In this document: one piece after another, positions 55,149 through 64,000 of the stretch
How positions within the stretch are numbered: position 1 is the first letter of the stretch
How the letters are laid out: the number at the start of each line of letters is the position of its first letter
Source of the DNA: an uncultured Candidatus Saccharibacteria bacterium
GTDB taxonomy: Bacteria > Patescibacteriota > Minisyncoccia > Phycocordibacterales > Zambryskibacteraceae
Assembly: GCA_964618905.1 (NCBI GenBank)
Contig: CAZUDK010000001.1
Coordinates: 92,614 to 156,613 of the forward strand
Direction: 5' to 3'
DNA: 64,000 bases
Made by a program: the position numbers and the translations under genes
The notes under the pieces: model-generated
Told to the model about the DNA's origin: nothing
The model's database searches: none
The model's input: only the letters and a program-made list of their open reading frames with translations

Positions 55149-56789
55149 TTATTTTACATCAACTATCCTCAAGCGCAGTTCGGGCTGGTTGCGGAAATAA
55201 GACTTCTCTAAATTAGCACAGACAGTTACAGGCACTCCTACGGAAATAGGTACTTTGAAATTATCTGGAGAGGAGAAAAAGGAAATGGCGCGCACTTCTT
55301 TTCCTGATTCATCTTTAATAGCAATCTCAAGATGATCCTTCTCCTTGCCGAACTGCCTTGCAGAACTTATTGCACCCTTCAGCTCAAAGACAGGTTTGGG
55401 ATTGCCCATGCCGAACGGCGCAAAGTCTGAAACAACTTTCCACAAGCTCTCACCTATATCGGCAATTTGTATGACAAGGCTCTTATTTTCTTGTTTTTCT
55501 TCAGACTCTAAATTCGCCAGTGCCTCAGAGAGCTTGCCTTCTAGTTCTGAAAGTTGTTCCAGAGAAACAGAGAAGCCTCCCGCGCCGCTGTGCCCGCCGA
55601 ATTCAATAAACATTTCAGGCACAAGACTCATAAGAGCATGGAGATTGTAGCCGTTATACGACCGGCATGAACCCTTAAGCTTGCCGTCACCATCCCTACC
55701 CCAGACAAAAGCTGGTCTCTCATATTCTTCAACAAGAGAATTAGCAACAAGTCCAAGAAGCGAAGGCCTCCAATCCGGATTGCCTATCACTATCACTTCA
55801 CTAATTTTCTCTCTTTCTGCCAAACGTCTCTTTGCATCTTTAACCAAGCTAGCCACCACTCCCTTGCGCTCATTGTTTACCTTCTCCAAGCGTTCTGCCA
55901 TCTTGACCGCCTCTACCTCTTCATCTGCTACAAGCAGATTAAAAGCATCTTCCGGTGTACCCATGCGAGAAGCAGCATTAATGCGTGGAGTTATCATGAA
56001 AGCGATGTCATCCTCAGTTATATTTCTTTTATCTATCCTGAGTTTGGAGAGGAGCGAGTTAAGACCAGATCGAGGCGATTTTCTAAGCACTTCCAAACCG
56101 TATTTAGAAAGTATTCTATTTTCACCCACAAGCGGCACCATGTCTGAGAGTGTCGCTATGCCTACCATATCGAGCGACCACTTTTCCATACCTTCTTTTA
56201 TGCCAAATCTTTCTTTGCTTAAAACCGCCTGCACCAGCTTGTAAGCAACAGCTGCTCCGCAAAGTTCTTTAAAAGGATACTTTGAATCTGCCCTCTTTGG
56301 ATCTACTATTGCATACGCATCTGGCAGAGATTCTCCAGACTCATGATGATCTGTAACAATTACATCCATGCCTAGAGACTTAGCCAAAGAAACTTCTCTA
56401 AGATCTGCAATGCCGCAATCGACCGTTATAAGGAGCTTTGTTCCGCGCGCCGCTATTTCTTCTATCGCACCAATATTTAATCCAAAGCCTTCATCATGCC
56501 TATGCGGTATATAGAACGAAACATTTTCGTATCCGGCTCGCCGGAAGAAATCTTTGAGCACCACCGCGCCCGGTATGCCGTCCGCATCATAGTCTGAGAA
56601 AACCGCGATATGCTCCCCTCCTTTCATAGCTTCCACCACCCTCTGAGCAGCCTTATCCATGTCTGGCAAAAGAAGCGGATCATAAAGCTTTTCATAATCC
56701 GGATTAAAAAACTCTTTTTCTTCGCCTGTTTTTATACCTCTCTCTTTAAGTAGAAAATTCAATACTTCAGGAAATCCAGAAACTGTCAT
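55149..56789 (-). CDS. recJ: single-stranded-DNA-specific exonuclease RecJ (DHH family)
   Basis: DYDADGI, VTDHHE and DHHA1-like region; 546 aa. Confidence 0.85.
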   Translation of the reverse strand: MTVSGFPEVLNFLLKERGIKTGEEKEFFNPDYEKLYDPLLLPDMDKAAQRVVEAMKGGEHIAVFSDYDADGIPGAVVLKDFFRRAGYENVSFYIPHRHDEGFGLNIGAIEEIAARGTKLLITVDCGIADLREVSLAKSLGMDVIVTDHHESGESLPDAYAIVDPKRADSKYPFKELCGAAVAYKLVQAVLSKERFGIKEGMEKWSLDMVGIATLSDMVPLVGENRILSKYGLEVLRKSPRSGLNSLLSKLRIDKRNITEDDIAFMITPRINAASRMGTPEDAFNLLVADEEVEAVKMAERLEKVNNERKGVVASLVKDAKRRLAEREKISEVIVIGNPDWRPSLLGLVANSLVEEYERPAFVWGRDGDGKLKGSCRSYNGYNLHALMSLVPEMFIEFGGHSGAGGFSVSLEQLSELEGKLSEALANLESEEKQENKSLVIQIADIGESLWKVVSDFAPFGMGNPKPVFELKGAISSARQFGKEKDHLEIAIKDESGKEVRAISFFSSPDNFKVPISVGVPVTVCANLEKSYFRNQPELRLRIVDVK

Positions 56790-56850
56790 AGAGGCTATTC
56801 TAACACAGCCGCCAGCTTGGATTATGGCTGGTTTATATTAATATAAGCTT

Positions 56851-57822
56851 ATGAGTACTGATAAAAGACGCTTTCAGAAAGGTAGTTCAACCTCCGAAGG
56901 ACTCTGGATCCTAACCGTTCTTCTTATCATCTTTTTCTTCTTTATCTTGCCGGATAATTCTCCAAGAACTTCCTCGACACCCTCTACTTATGGCCAAGAT
57001 ACAAGCAGCTCCATCCAAAGCGGCGGCCAGAACACTACCGGTGCAAACTTATACACGAATCCAAACTCTTCATATGCAAAGCATATCTCCCTTAGCAAAG
57101 GTAATGCCTCCTATGCTGATCAGTCTTATGAAGAATATGTAACCATACATAACAATGGCAGCGCTCCTATAGATATAACAGGCTGGCAGCTTGCAAATGC
57201 TAAAGGTCAAAGATCTTATGACTACGGCGGCATGCTCAGAAGATTCCCTTCAGATTCCATATCCATACCTAAAGCCTCGCTTTATATAAATCCATTCGGC
57301 TTTAGTCCGGTTCAAGACGTAATCATACAGAGGGGTGAAACTGCTGTCATCACCACAGGCTCGGTGGGAGCAAGCACTCCTTACAAGATCACCAGCTTCA
57401 AGGAAAATATCTGCACCGGCTATTTGGAAGAAATGCCGGAATACTCATTCACGCCCCAGCTTTCAAGGGACTGCCCTATCCCAGATGAAGAACCTGGCTT
57501 GGAAAATTATGGCAAAGAATGCAAAGACTTTGTAAATAATCTCTCTTCCTGCCAAACACCAGACTTCCAAGAGAAAGACAAGCAAGGTGAAGTCTGCCAC
57601 AACTGCGTTAATGGAGTCAGGCTCTCAAGTTCTTGTGTCGCTTTCATCAAAGAACGCTTCAACTATGCTGGATGCATTGCGCACCACTCCAGCGATCCGG
57701 ACTTTTACGGCCGGGCATGGCGAGTATTCATAGGCAGAGGCTGGCAGATGTGGGCAGAAGACGACGAAACCATTTCTCTCTTCGACCGTCTTGGTAATTT
57801 AGTCGATTCGATCTCATATTAA
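56851..57822 (+). CDS. secreted/membrane-anchored lamin-tail-domain (LTD) protein with Cys-rich C-terminal domain
   Basis: N-terminal TM; S/T-rich linker; EYVTIHNNGSAPIDITGWQLANAKG is an LTD signature; C-terminal region has 10 Cys. Confidence 0.55.
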   Translation: MSTDKRRFQKGSSTSEGLWILTVLLIIFFFFILPDNSPRTSSTPSTYGQDTSSSIQSGGQNTTGANLYTNPNSSYAKHISLSKGNASYADQSYEEYVTIHNNGSAPIDITGWQLANAKGQRSYDYGGMLRRFPSDSISIPKASLYINPFGFSPVQDVIIQRGETAVITTGSVGASTPYKITSFKENICTGYLEEMPEYSFTPQLSRDCPIPDEEPGLENYGKECKDFVNNLSSCQTPDFQEKDKQGEVCHNCVNGVRLSSSCVAFIKERFNYAGCIAHHSSDPDFYGRAWRVFIGRGWQMWAEDDETISLFDRLGNLVDSISY

Positions 57823-57831
57823 AATAAATAA

Positions 57832-58239
57832 ATGGAAAGCTGCATCTTTTGCAAAATTGTTAGAAAAGAAATTCCGGCAGAAATCGTATATGAAGATGAT
57901 AATTTCTTAGCATTCCTTGATATAAACCCTCAATCTCCTGGACACACTCAAGTCATTCCAAAGGAACATTACAGATGGGTCTGGGACGTACCAAATGCCG
58001 GAGAATACTTTGAAATAGCGAGGAAAATAGCCCTCGCACAGAGAAAAGCCTTCAACACTGATTGGATTCTATCGAAAATAGTTGGAGATGAAGTCCCTCA
58101 TGCTCACATCTGGGTATTCCCGAATTCTGAGGTAGAAGGAAACAAAAAAGATTTTTCAGCCAACGCCGAAAAGATCAGACAAAGCATTTTAAAAGGAACA
58201 GCGCCTGATAAATCAGGCGCTGTTGATAGAGGCAAATAG
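57832..58239 (+). CDS. HIT-family (histidine triad) protein
   Basis: [26 protein letters not shown]. Confidence 0.85.
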   Translation: MESCIFCKIVRKEIPAEIVYEDDNFLAFLDINPQSPGHTQVIPKEHYRWVWDVPNAGEYFEIARKIALAQRKAFNTDWILSKIVGDEVPHAHIWVFPNSEVEGNKKDFSANAEKIRQSILKGTAPDKSGAVDRGK

Positions 58240-59586
58240 GTCTTCCAGACCCTCATGCCTCCTGAAATATGCACCCCAGTGAAGAATTTTGAGCTTGTAG
58301 GCATCAATATTCTTCAAGAAGTTTTCTTTTGTCACCAAGGTGCAGTTAGCAAAACCATATGTAGACATAACATCTCTATTCTCTTCAGTATCCAGTATTC
58401 TTACTTCATCTAATCTCGAAAAAACTCGCGAGAGGTCATCTACCTGGAGGTCAACATTCTCGTCAGCAAAGTCCATTCTGTATACCAAGAGAACCGACGA
58501 GTCATAATTGTGGTCAGTAAGAGCTGACATTCTACCAGAGTGAGTTACATCACCTTCGAACAACATTTGCTTACCGGCAATAGTGACCCACCTAATTCTG
58601 CTCTCAGGTCTGAATTGCGTAAGCGCTACAGATATCTCCTCTGGTGGTATATCCAATAGAGAACCTACAAGTCCTGCAGCCAGTGATTGGTAGTAGAACA
58701 GCTGAGTGCGTACATAAGGCAAGAAGCGAAGAGTCTGGTTAGAGTTATTCAGCTTTAACACAGCTTCCGCTCCCTCCCGCTCAAGATACGCATCTGCCTT
58801 TTTATTACTGAGGGAAAAAGTGAAATCTCCTTTTCTTGCTAGAGTCATGACCATGTCATCATCAGCATTGAGAAGAGCCACCTCGCTCTGCTCAATTAAG
58901 GCTCGCTTGCCGTCTCTAATATCCTCGAGAGTATTAATCCCATGTACTCCAAGATGCATTCTCTTGATATTGAGCATAACGCCCACATAAGGCTTCAGCA
59001 TCTTGGCTAGTTCACCGACATGATGTTTCCTGTACATAGCGTACTCAAGGACGAGCATCTGATGTTTCGGTTCCAAGTAATTCGCAATCCACGAGGAGAG
59101 AGTCAGGGGCGTTAAACGCTTGGCATAGATACGTCCGCATCCAAATCTTCTTTCAAGGACAGACTGAATGAATGCTACGGACGTTGTTTTGCCAACACTA
59201 CCAGTAACTCCAACGATTCGCGGTTGTATTGTCGAAAGCACATAATTAAGGATCTCCTCGACCGCATTGAAGATGTTAGGAACTCGAATATACCGAATAC
59301 CACGCACATCCAGATCATTTACTCTGCTGTCTACCAGGAAAACTAAGTCTTTTCTGGTAGAAAGTCTCTGAATATTTTTGGACCTGTCGAATTTTAGGTC
59401 ATACCATCCTTCCTGATCAGGATCATCTTCATAGACAACGCAGTAGAGCTCTGTATCGCTCCTATCTTGTGATTCAAATTCCTTTATGTGGGAAATATTG
59501 ATAAGACCGAATTTGGTATGTTCCGGCACACCATAGAATTGGGCCCCATGAACGATACTCTTAATAGTCGCAGCATCGATACGCAT
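58213..59586 (-). CDS. Mur-ligase-family protein (MurF/MurE-like)
   Basis: ATP-binding loop [12 protein letters not shown]; 457 aa. Confidence 0.55.
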   Translation of the reverse strand: MRIDAATIKSIVHGAQFYGVPEHTKFGLINISHIKEFESQDRSDTELYCVVYEDDPDQEGWYDLKFDRSKNIQRLSTRKDLVFLVDSRVNDLDVRGIRYIRVPNIFNAVEEILNYVLSTIQPRIVGVTGSVGKTTSVAFIQSVLERRFGCGRIYAKRLTPLTLSSWIANYLEPKHQMLVLEYAMYRKHHVGELAKMLKPYVGVMLNIKRMHLGVHGINTLEDIRDGKRALIEQSEVALLNADDDMVMTLARKGDFTFSLSNKKADAYLEREGAEAVLKLNNSNQTLRFLPYVRTQLFYYQSLAAGLVGSLLDIPPEEISVALTQFRPESRIRWVTIAGKQMLFEGDVTHSGRMSALTDHNYDSSVLLVYRMDFADENVDLQVDDLSRVFSRLDEVRILDTEENRDVMSTYGFANCTLVTKENFLKNIDAYKLKILHWGAYFRRHEGLEDLFASINSA

Positions 59587-59588
59587 TG

Positions 59589-60347
59589 TTAATCTCCCTT
59601 TGTAGAATTGATGATGACGGAAGTGAGTTCCTCGGTGTGAGTATTTGCTATGTCATGACCACCTCCAGCAATTATATGAATTTCATGGTCGGCACTAGCA
59701 GAAGACAAGACTTCACGAACAAGGTCTGGAGGAGTAGCAGAATCCACTTCTCCATATATTAAGACCAATGAGTCCGATACTTCATGGAGATCATCCCGCA
59801 AATCTAAACCGACTATATTGCGATATGTCTCTTTCATTACCGGAGTAGCTTCAGAGTAGAAAGGATTTTTTACTACTTTGGTCAAGTAAAAATTCCTAGC
59901 TACCTGAAGGAGCTTGTTCGGGATAAATTTCTTAAACCTGAAGAATGGTGCCTGACGCTTTTCGTATCTTCTTATGATTGCAGGAGAAACAAGAATAGCT
60001 TTCACATTTTTATCCTTAGAAATCTTTTTCCAGTGAAGAAGCACTGCTCCTCCAAATGAATACCCTAAAACAACATCTGGTTTTTCTTGGTGGATTATGT
60101 CTCCCACGAACTGCGAGAAATTATCTATTGTCCATGGTTCAGAAGGATCATTTTCTCCTCCAAAACCAGGGAGATTTACACGCAGAACCTCTAAATGGTT
60201 AGACAAAGCTTTCACGAAAGCCGAGCGGTTATTCCATGCATCGGTATTGCCTGAAGAAGTATAGTTCTTGTGATTCCAGCCGTGGATTAGAAGAATCTTT
60301 TTCATGATTACTTGAGAATGTTTAGGTTTTAAAAGACCTAGTCTCAA
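59589..60347 (-). CDS. alpha/beta-hydrolase fold protein
   Basis: ILLIHGW and nucleophile elbow GYSFGG; probable start at the internal MKKILLIHGW. Confidence 0.7.
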   Translation of the reverse strand: MRLGLLKPKHSQVIMKKILLIHGWNHKNYTSSGNTDAWNNRSAFVKALSNHLEVLRVNLPGFGGENDPSEPWTIDNFSQFVGDIIHQEKPDVVLGYSFGGAVLLHWKKISKDKNVKAILVSPAIIRRYEKRQAPFFRFKKFIPNKLLQVARNFYLTKVVKNPFYSEATPVMKETYRNIVGLDLRDDLHEVSDSLVLIYGEVDSATPPDLVREVLSSASADHEIHIIAGGGHDIANTHTEELTSVIINSTKGD

Positions 60348-60396
60348 TGTACAGTATCGTAAAATTATTATAAGTCAATTACTCCCTACTATATAT

Positions 60397-61332
60397 CTAT
60401 TTCAATGCTTCTATCCCGGGTAGCGTCCCCGTAGCAAAAAAGTCGAGCATGGCGCCGCCGCCGGTGGAGACAAAAGAGAATTTGTCATGTATATGAAGTT
60501 TCTGGATAGCAGCCAAGGTGTCGCCGCCTCCGACTATAGTCATAGCATCGCTGCCTTTACTAGCTAGAATCTGAGCCAACTCTTCTGTCCCCTTCTTGTA
60601 CTGCTCTTCTTCATACTTTCCAAGCGGACCGTTCCAGATGACAGACTTCGAGCCATTAATCTCCTCTTTAAGTTGTGCAATAGTCTCCTCGTCCACATCC
60701 GGAGCCGCTATGTCTCCGTGCGGAAAGAAAATTTTAGGATTTTTTGCTAAAGACATCTCAGCCGCTTCCGGTGCCAAAGTCCCGCCTATGAAAATCCTGT
60801 CAGCAATATTTAAAAATTTTTCTACCAGAGGCAGCTTTGTAGATAGCTTGGCTCCGCCAAGGATAAGCATCGACGGATGCGGCGGATTGAAAGCTTTAGA
60901 AAGCTCCTCTACTTCTTGGGCAAAGCGGATGCCGGCAAAGCTTGGCAGAAACTTTGGCACGCTCACAATAGAGGCATGCTTTCGGTGCGAGACAGAGAAT
61001 GCTTCGTTTACATATATATCTGCTTTCGCTGCTAGAAACTTCGCCAAGTCCTCATCATTGTTCTTCTCACCCGGATTATTGCGCAGATTTTCAAGAAGCT
61101 CTGCGCCTTCCGGCACATACTTGCGCAAAGGCTCCACAGAAGCATTGCCGGGTTCCATATGAGTAGCAATGATCACTTTCGCGCCCGCATTCTGCAGAAA
61201 CTCTATGGTCGGCAAAGTAACCTTGATGCGGAAATCATCTTCCACTTTGCCGTCTGCAATAGGCACATTCCAGTCCACACGCACTAAAACCTTTTTGCCA
61301 CTAACTTCTGGAGCTTCAGTTATAAGTTTCAT
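60397..61332 (-). CDS. pgk: phosphoglycerate kinase (compact, 311 aa)
   Basis: VLVRVDWNVP and GGGDTLAAIQKL...STGGGAMLDF N- and C-terminal PGK motifs. Confidence 0.75.
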   Translation of the reverse strand: MKLITEAPEVSGKKVLVRVDWNVPIADGKVEDDFRIKVTLPTIEFLQNAGAKVIIATHMEPGNASVEPLRKYVPEGAELLENLRNNPGEKNNDEDLAKFLAAKADIYVNEAFSVSHRKHASIVSVPKFLPSFAGIRFAQEVEELSKAFNPPHPSMLILGGAKLSTKLPLVEKFLNIADRIFIGGTLAPEAAEMSLAKNPKIFFPHGDIAAPDVDEETIAQLKEEINGSKSVIWNGPLGKYEEEQYKKGTEELAQILASKGSDAMTIVGGGDTLAAIQKLHIHDKFSFVSTGGGAMLDFFATGTLPGIEALK

Positions 61333-61419
61333 CCCGTACGAAATTATTGCTTATTAGGCATTAGATAGTAATGGATATTCACAACTTGTATAGCGTTATT
61401 TCGTATGGGACTCATCTTT

Positions 61420-62178
61420 TTATGATAACAGTGCTTGGGCTATATCCAAGAATTGTTTGTAGTTGAGAGAAGCTCTGCCCACCAGAAATCCATCTATAGC
61501 AGTTACTTCTGAGAGCTCTTCGGCGTTAGCAGGTTCCACAGATCCTCCGTAAAGAATCGGAATTTTTTCCGCACTATCCCTGCCATACATGTCGGAAAGG
61601 AGTCTTCGTATATATAAAGCAGTTTGAGTAAGATCCCTGGGAGAGATGGCGCTCTTGGCCTTACTGCCTATGGCCCAGATAGGTTCGTAGGCAACCATGA
61701 TCTTATTTGCATCTGGCCGCTTAACTCCTTCAAGAGATGCTTTAAGCTGATGCCTCAGAAAATCCAAATATTCCCCTTCACTGTCATGTTCGCTCTCGCC
61801 TATGCAAAGAAGTGGGCTTATGCCGCTCTTTATGGCAGTCTTAACTTTTTCTGAAACTATTTTGTCCGTTTCGCCAAGTGCCCGTCTTTCGCTATGTCCG
61901 ACTATTGCTACCCTGACACCAAAACTCTTTAGTATTTCCGGTGTAATGCTTCCTGTGAGAGTGCCATTTTCTTCAAGAGGCATATCTTGAGACGCTAAAG
62001 CAGAAAATTTTCTGCCTTTCTCAGAAACAACAGAAAGGTATGGCAGAGGCGGCGCGATATATGTAGAAAGTTTTTTGTATTTAAGATGCGCACGAGCCAT
62101 ACCGCGCAAGAGGGCCAGAGCTTCCGCCACTGAACCGGGATAGTTCTTCCAATTCGCTACCAAAATTTTCTTTGCCAT
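61420..62178 (-). CDS. tpiA: triosephosphate isomerase
   Basis: VANWKNY, AYEPIWAIGS, YGGSV. Confidence 0.9.
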   Translation of the reverse strand: MAKKILVANWKNYPGSVAEALALLRGMARAHLKYKKLSTYIAPPLPYLSVVSEKGRKFSALASQDMPLEENGTLTGSITPEILKSFGVRVAIVGHSERRALGETDKIVSEKVKTAIKSGISPLLCIGESEHDSEGEYLDFLRHQLKASLEGVKRPDANKIMVAYEPIWAIGSKAKSAISPRDLTQTALYIRRLLSDMYGRDSAEKIPILYGGSVEPANAEELSEVTAIDGFLVGRASLNYKQFLDIAQALLS

Positions 62179-62184
62179 TCAGAA

Positions 62185-62892
62185 TTACTGCGTAAACACT
62201 TTCTTCATCAAATAAGAGATTTGAATCAGAGTTCCTTCCTCTTGAGTACTTACAGTCACAGAGAGGTTTGCATTCTCTTTCTTGCCAGTTATAGATCTGA
62301 CAGCAGAGGATGGATCTCCTTCGGATACCTCATATCCGTTTTCGGAGACATATTTCTTGTATTCATCATAAACTTCAGCCTCAGTTTTGGCGCTGATGTA
62401 AGAAACGTTTATCTGCCTAGCATTATGCTCAATATATTCAGTGCTTACGCTTTCAACTATGTTCCCCTCTTCTATAGGAAGACCTTCTGGCAGGCCTACC
62501 GGAACAGTAAGAACACCATTCACTGTAGGTGTGCCTTCTACTATTGCATCAGAAGCACGTCCGTTAATGCCACTAGTGTTCATGTCTACGGCCGAAGAAG
62601 AGCTGAAATATCTGAATGCAAAGTATCCTGCAATAAGCACAACCACTACAGCCAAAGCTCCAAGAACTATCTTTACATTCATATTTCCAGAGTCTTTCAT
62701 GTCCCCTGGTATTTGCCCTACAGGAGCTTGGACAGGAACTTGAGTTGGTGCAGATGTAGGTATTGAAGATACTGGCGCTGCAGTTGCTGCTGCAGGTGTT
62801 GGAATTGGAGTTGGTTCAGGCGCAGGAGTCGGTGCCGGTGTTGGTGCTGAATTTGGCATCGAATTTGCCATTGGATTTTGTGTTTGTTCCAT
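62185..62892 (-). CDS. hypothetical membrane protein with Pro/Thr/Ala-rich N-terminus
   Basis: PTPAPTPAPEP repeats, single TM, ~140-aa extracytoplasmic domain. Confidence 0.45.
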   Translation of the reverse strand: MEQTQNPMANSMPNSAPTPAPTPAPEPTPIPTPAAATAAPVSSIPTSAPTQVPVQAPVGQIPGDMKDSGNMNVKIVLGALAVVVVLIAGYFAFRYFSSSSAVDMNTSGINGRASDAIVEGTPTVNGVLTVPVGLPEGLPIEEGNIVESVSTEYIEHNARQINVSYISAKTEAEVYDEYKKYVSENGYEVSEGDPSSAVRSITGKKENANLSVTVSTQEEGTLIQISYLMKKVFTQ

Positions 62893-62921
62893 AGTTTTAG
62901 TTCCGTTTAGTGCGTTAGCTT

Positions 62922-64000
62922 TTAAAACTCTTCAAACTCCGGATCGAAGCTCACATCTACAGAAGCTCCCGGGCTGCACGTACCTTGGTTCTGGAGAGAG
63001 TCGGTTACTGTTACTTGAGCGGTCTTAGTGCCAATAGTTGAGTAAGTTATGGTTGCTGGGTTACTTGTTGGAGCAGGAGTTGCTGATATACCCAAGCCTG
63101 ACCAGCTGTATGTGTAGCCTTCACCTGAGCCTCCTTCTACGCTAGCCGAGAGGGTTACAGGTTCTCCCAGTTTTACTGATGAAGGTGAAGCTGAGCAGCT
63201 TACTGTTAAGTCTGGTGAGTCTACAACAGTGAGGTTAAATGATGTGGTTTTGCTCAGAGGTGAGCCGGTTACAGTTATAGGGTAAGTACCTGGGGTAGCT
63301 GTTGGTGAGACTGTGATGGTGGCTGTAGAGTTCGAGGTAGGTTTGCTGCCTTGGTTTGAGAAGCTTACTGATACTCCGGTTGGTACACCGGCGGATGCTG
63401 AGAGAGTTACAGCTTTTGAAGTGCCTGCTGTCAGGGTCTTGGTGATGACAGTGGTGTCATATTGGTTTACTCCTCCCTGCTGTATAGAGACATTGCCGGA
63501 GTTTGAGAGGGAGTAGGAGAAATCTTGAGAGAAAGAAGCGGAAGTGCTCTTATCTTCGCTCATCTGAAGAGTGCAGGTGTTATCCTGTCCTGAACAAGCT
63601 CCGCTCCAGCTAGAAAATTCATATCCTGTTGAAGGTGTTGCAGTTAGAGTAACCGAAGTGCCATTAGAGTAATCCTGAGAGCAGTCATTCGGACAACTTA
63701 TACCCGAACCACTTATAGAACCGGATCCGGAAGCTATAGAAGTTGTAAGGGTTTGATCATCTGTTACTGTCACAGTCACAGAATCATTTGCGCTGCCGGC
63801 AGAGTTGGAACAGTAAACAGTGTACACAGTGGTTTCTGTCGGGTAAGCAGTTGTGTAGGCGCTTGTGCCTGTAACGGTACTGCCGCCAACATTCAAGGTG
63901 CAGGAAGTTGCATAAGTAGATATGAAGTGAAGCATGGTAGAGTCTCCACTATCAATAGTAGAAGGGCTTGCTGTTATGTACACATAAGGAGGGTTCTGTT
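62922..64000 (-). CDS. large surface/secreted repeat protein (Listeria-Bacteroides repeat-type domain plus Ig-like S/T-rich domains); N-terminus beyond window end
   Basis: CPNDCSQDYSNGTSVTLTATPSTGYEFSSWSGACSG..TCTLQM matches the List-Bact repeat pattern; S/T-rich beta-rich repeats. Confidence 0.55.
   Translation of the reverse strand, partial: QNPPYVYITASPSTIDSGDSTMLHFISTYATSCTLNVGGSTVTGTSAYTTAYPTETTVYTVYCSNSAGSANDSVTVTVTDDQTLTTSIASGSGSISGSGISCPNDCSQDYSNGTSVTLTATPSTGYEFSSWSGACSGQDNTCTLQMSEDKSTSASFSQDFSYSLSNSGNVSIQQGGVNQYDTTVITKTLTAGTSKAVTLSASAGVPTGVSVSFSNQGSKPTSNSTATITVSPTATPGTYPITVTGSPLSKTTSFNLTVVDSPDLTVSCSASPSSVKLGEPVTLSASVEGGSGEGYTYSWSGLGISATPAPTSNPATITYSTIGTKTAQVTVTDSLQNQGTCSPGASVDVSFDPEFEEF

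Overview
The window is AT-moderate, coding-dense and almost certainly from a small-genome bacterium. Gene content suggests a Candidate Phyla Radiation / Patescibacteria-like lineage, though this is inference. The main lines of evidence are a secretin-less type IV pilus cluster, the absence of ribosomal protein L30 between S5 and L15, a truncated L15, and many tiny hypothetical ORFs. Standard genetic code is in use, since TGA terminates conserved genes.

Layout, left to right:
- The N-terminal part of NAD-dependent DNA ligase (ligA), minus strand, running off the left edge.
- A compact type IV pilus / competence-pilus locus, all on the minus strand: four pseudopilins, prepilin peptidase pilD, major pilin pilA, pilC, pilT, pilB, a small membrane ORF, pilO, pilN and pilM. 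A divergent ComF-family gene (comFC) sits next to pilM.
- A DUF488 gene, tRNA-Ser(GCU) with a 42-bp direct repeat of its 3' end, recG, tRNA-Ile with a genomic UAU anticodon, a DUF378 gene and ftsH.
- Two GIY-YIG paralogs flanking smpB, followed by ssrA (tmRNA). Downstream of ssrA lies a GC-richer islet: a Cys-rich small ORF, a stop-interrupted ORF, a DUF2283 gene, an orotate-PRTase-like gene and a GC-rich structured region.
- infC-rpmI-rplT, a beta-CASP RNase gene and a hypothetical membrane-protein gene.
- A long minus-strand ribosomal superoperon in the order rpsL-rpsG-[sortase, + strand]-fusA-[cold-shock gene]-tuf-rpsJ-rplC-rplD-rplW-rplB-[Cys-rich ORF, rplJ-rplL, three unrelated genes]-rpsS ... 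rplO-secY-adk-map-ndk. It contains unusual insertions and rearrangements.
- An S2P-family protease gene, rpmB, a split comEC with sod between the two parts, rnhA, recJ, a lamin-tail-domain protein gene, a HIT-family gene, a Mur-ligase-family gene, pgk and tpiA.
- A Listeria-Bacteroides-repeat surface protein gene running off the right edge.

The most interesting things I found:
- A GC-rich palindromic micro-element, CCGCCTCG-N12/21-CGAGGCGG, embedded in-frame in recG (two copies) and in a pilin leader.
- Two homologous structured elements in the 3' UTRs of the rpmI-rplT and rplJ-rplL operons. They share an identical 20-mer, and their extended-stem arms differ while staying complementary.
- A duplicated tRNA-Ser 3' end that looks like an att-type scar.
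- A GC-rich islet downstream of ssrA containing a PRTase-like gene with a structured leader.
- Multiple foreign-looking GC-rich small genes inserted into the ribosomal operons.
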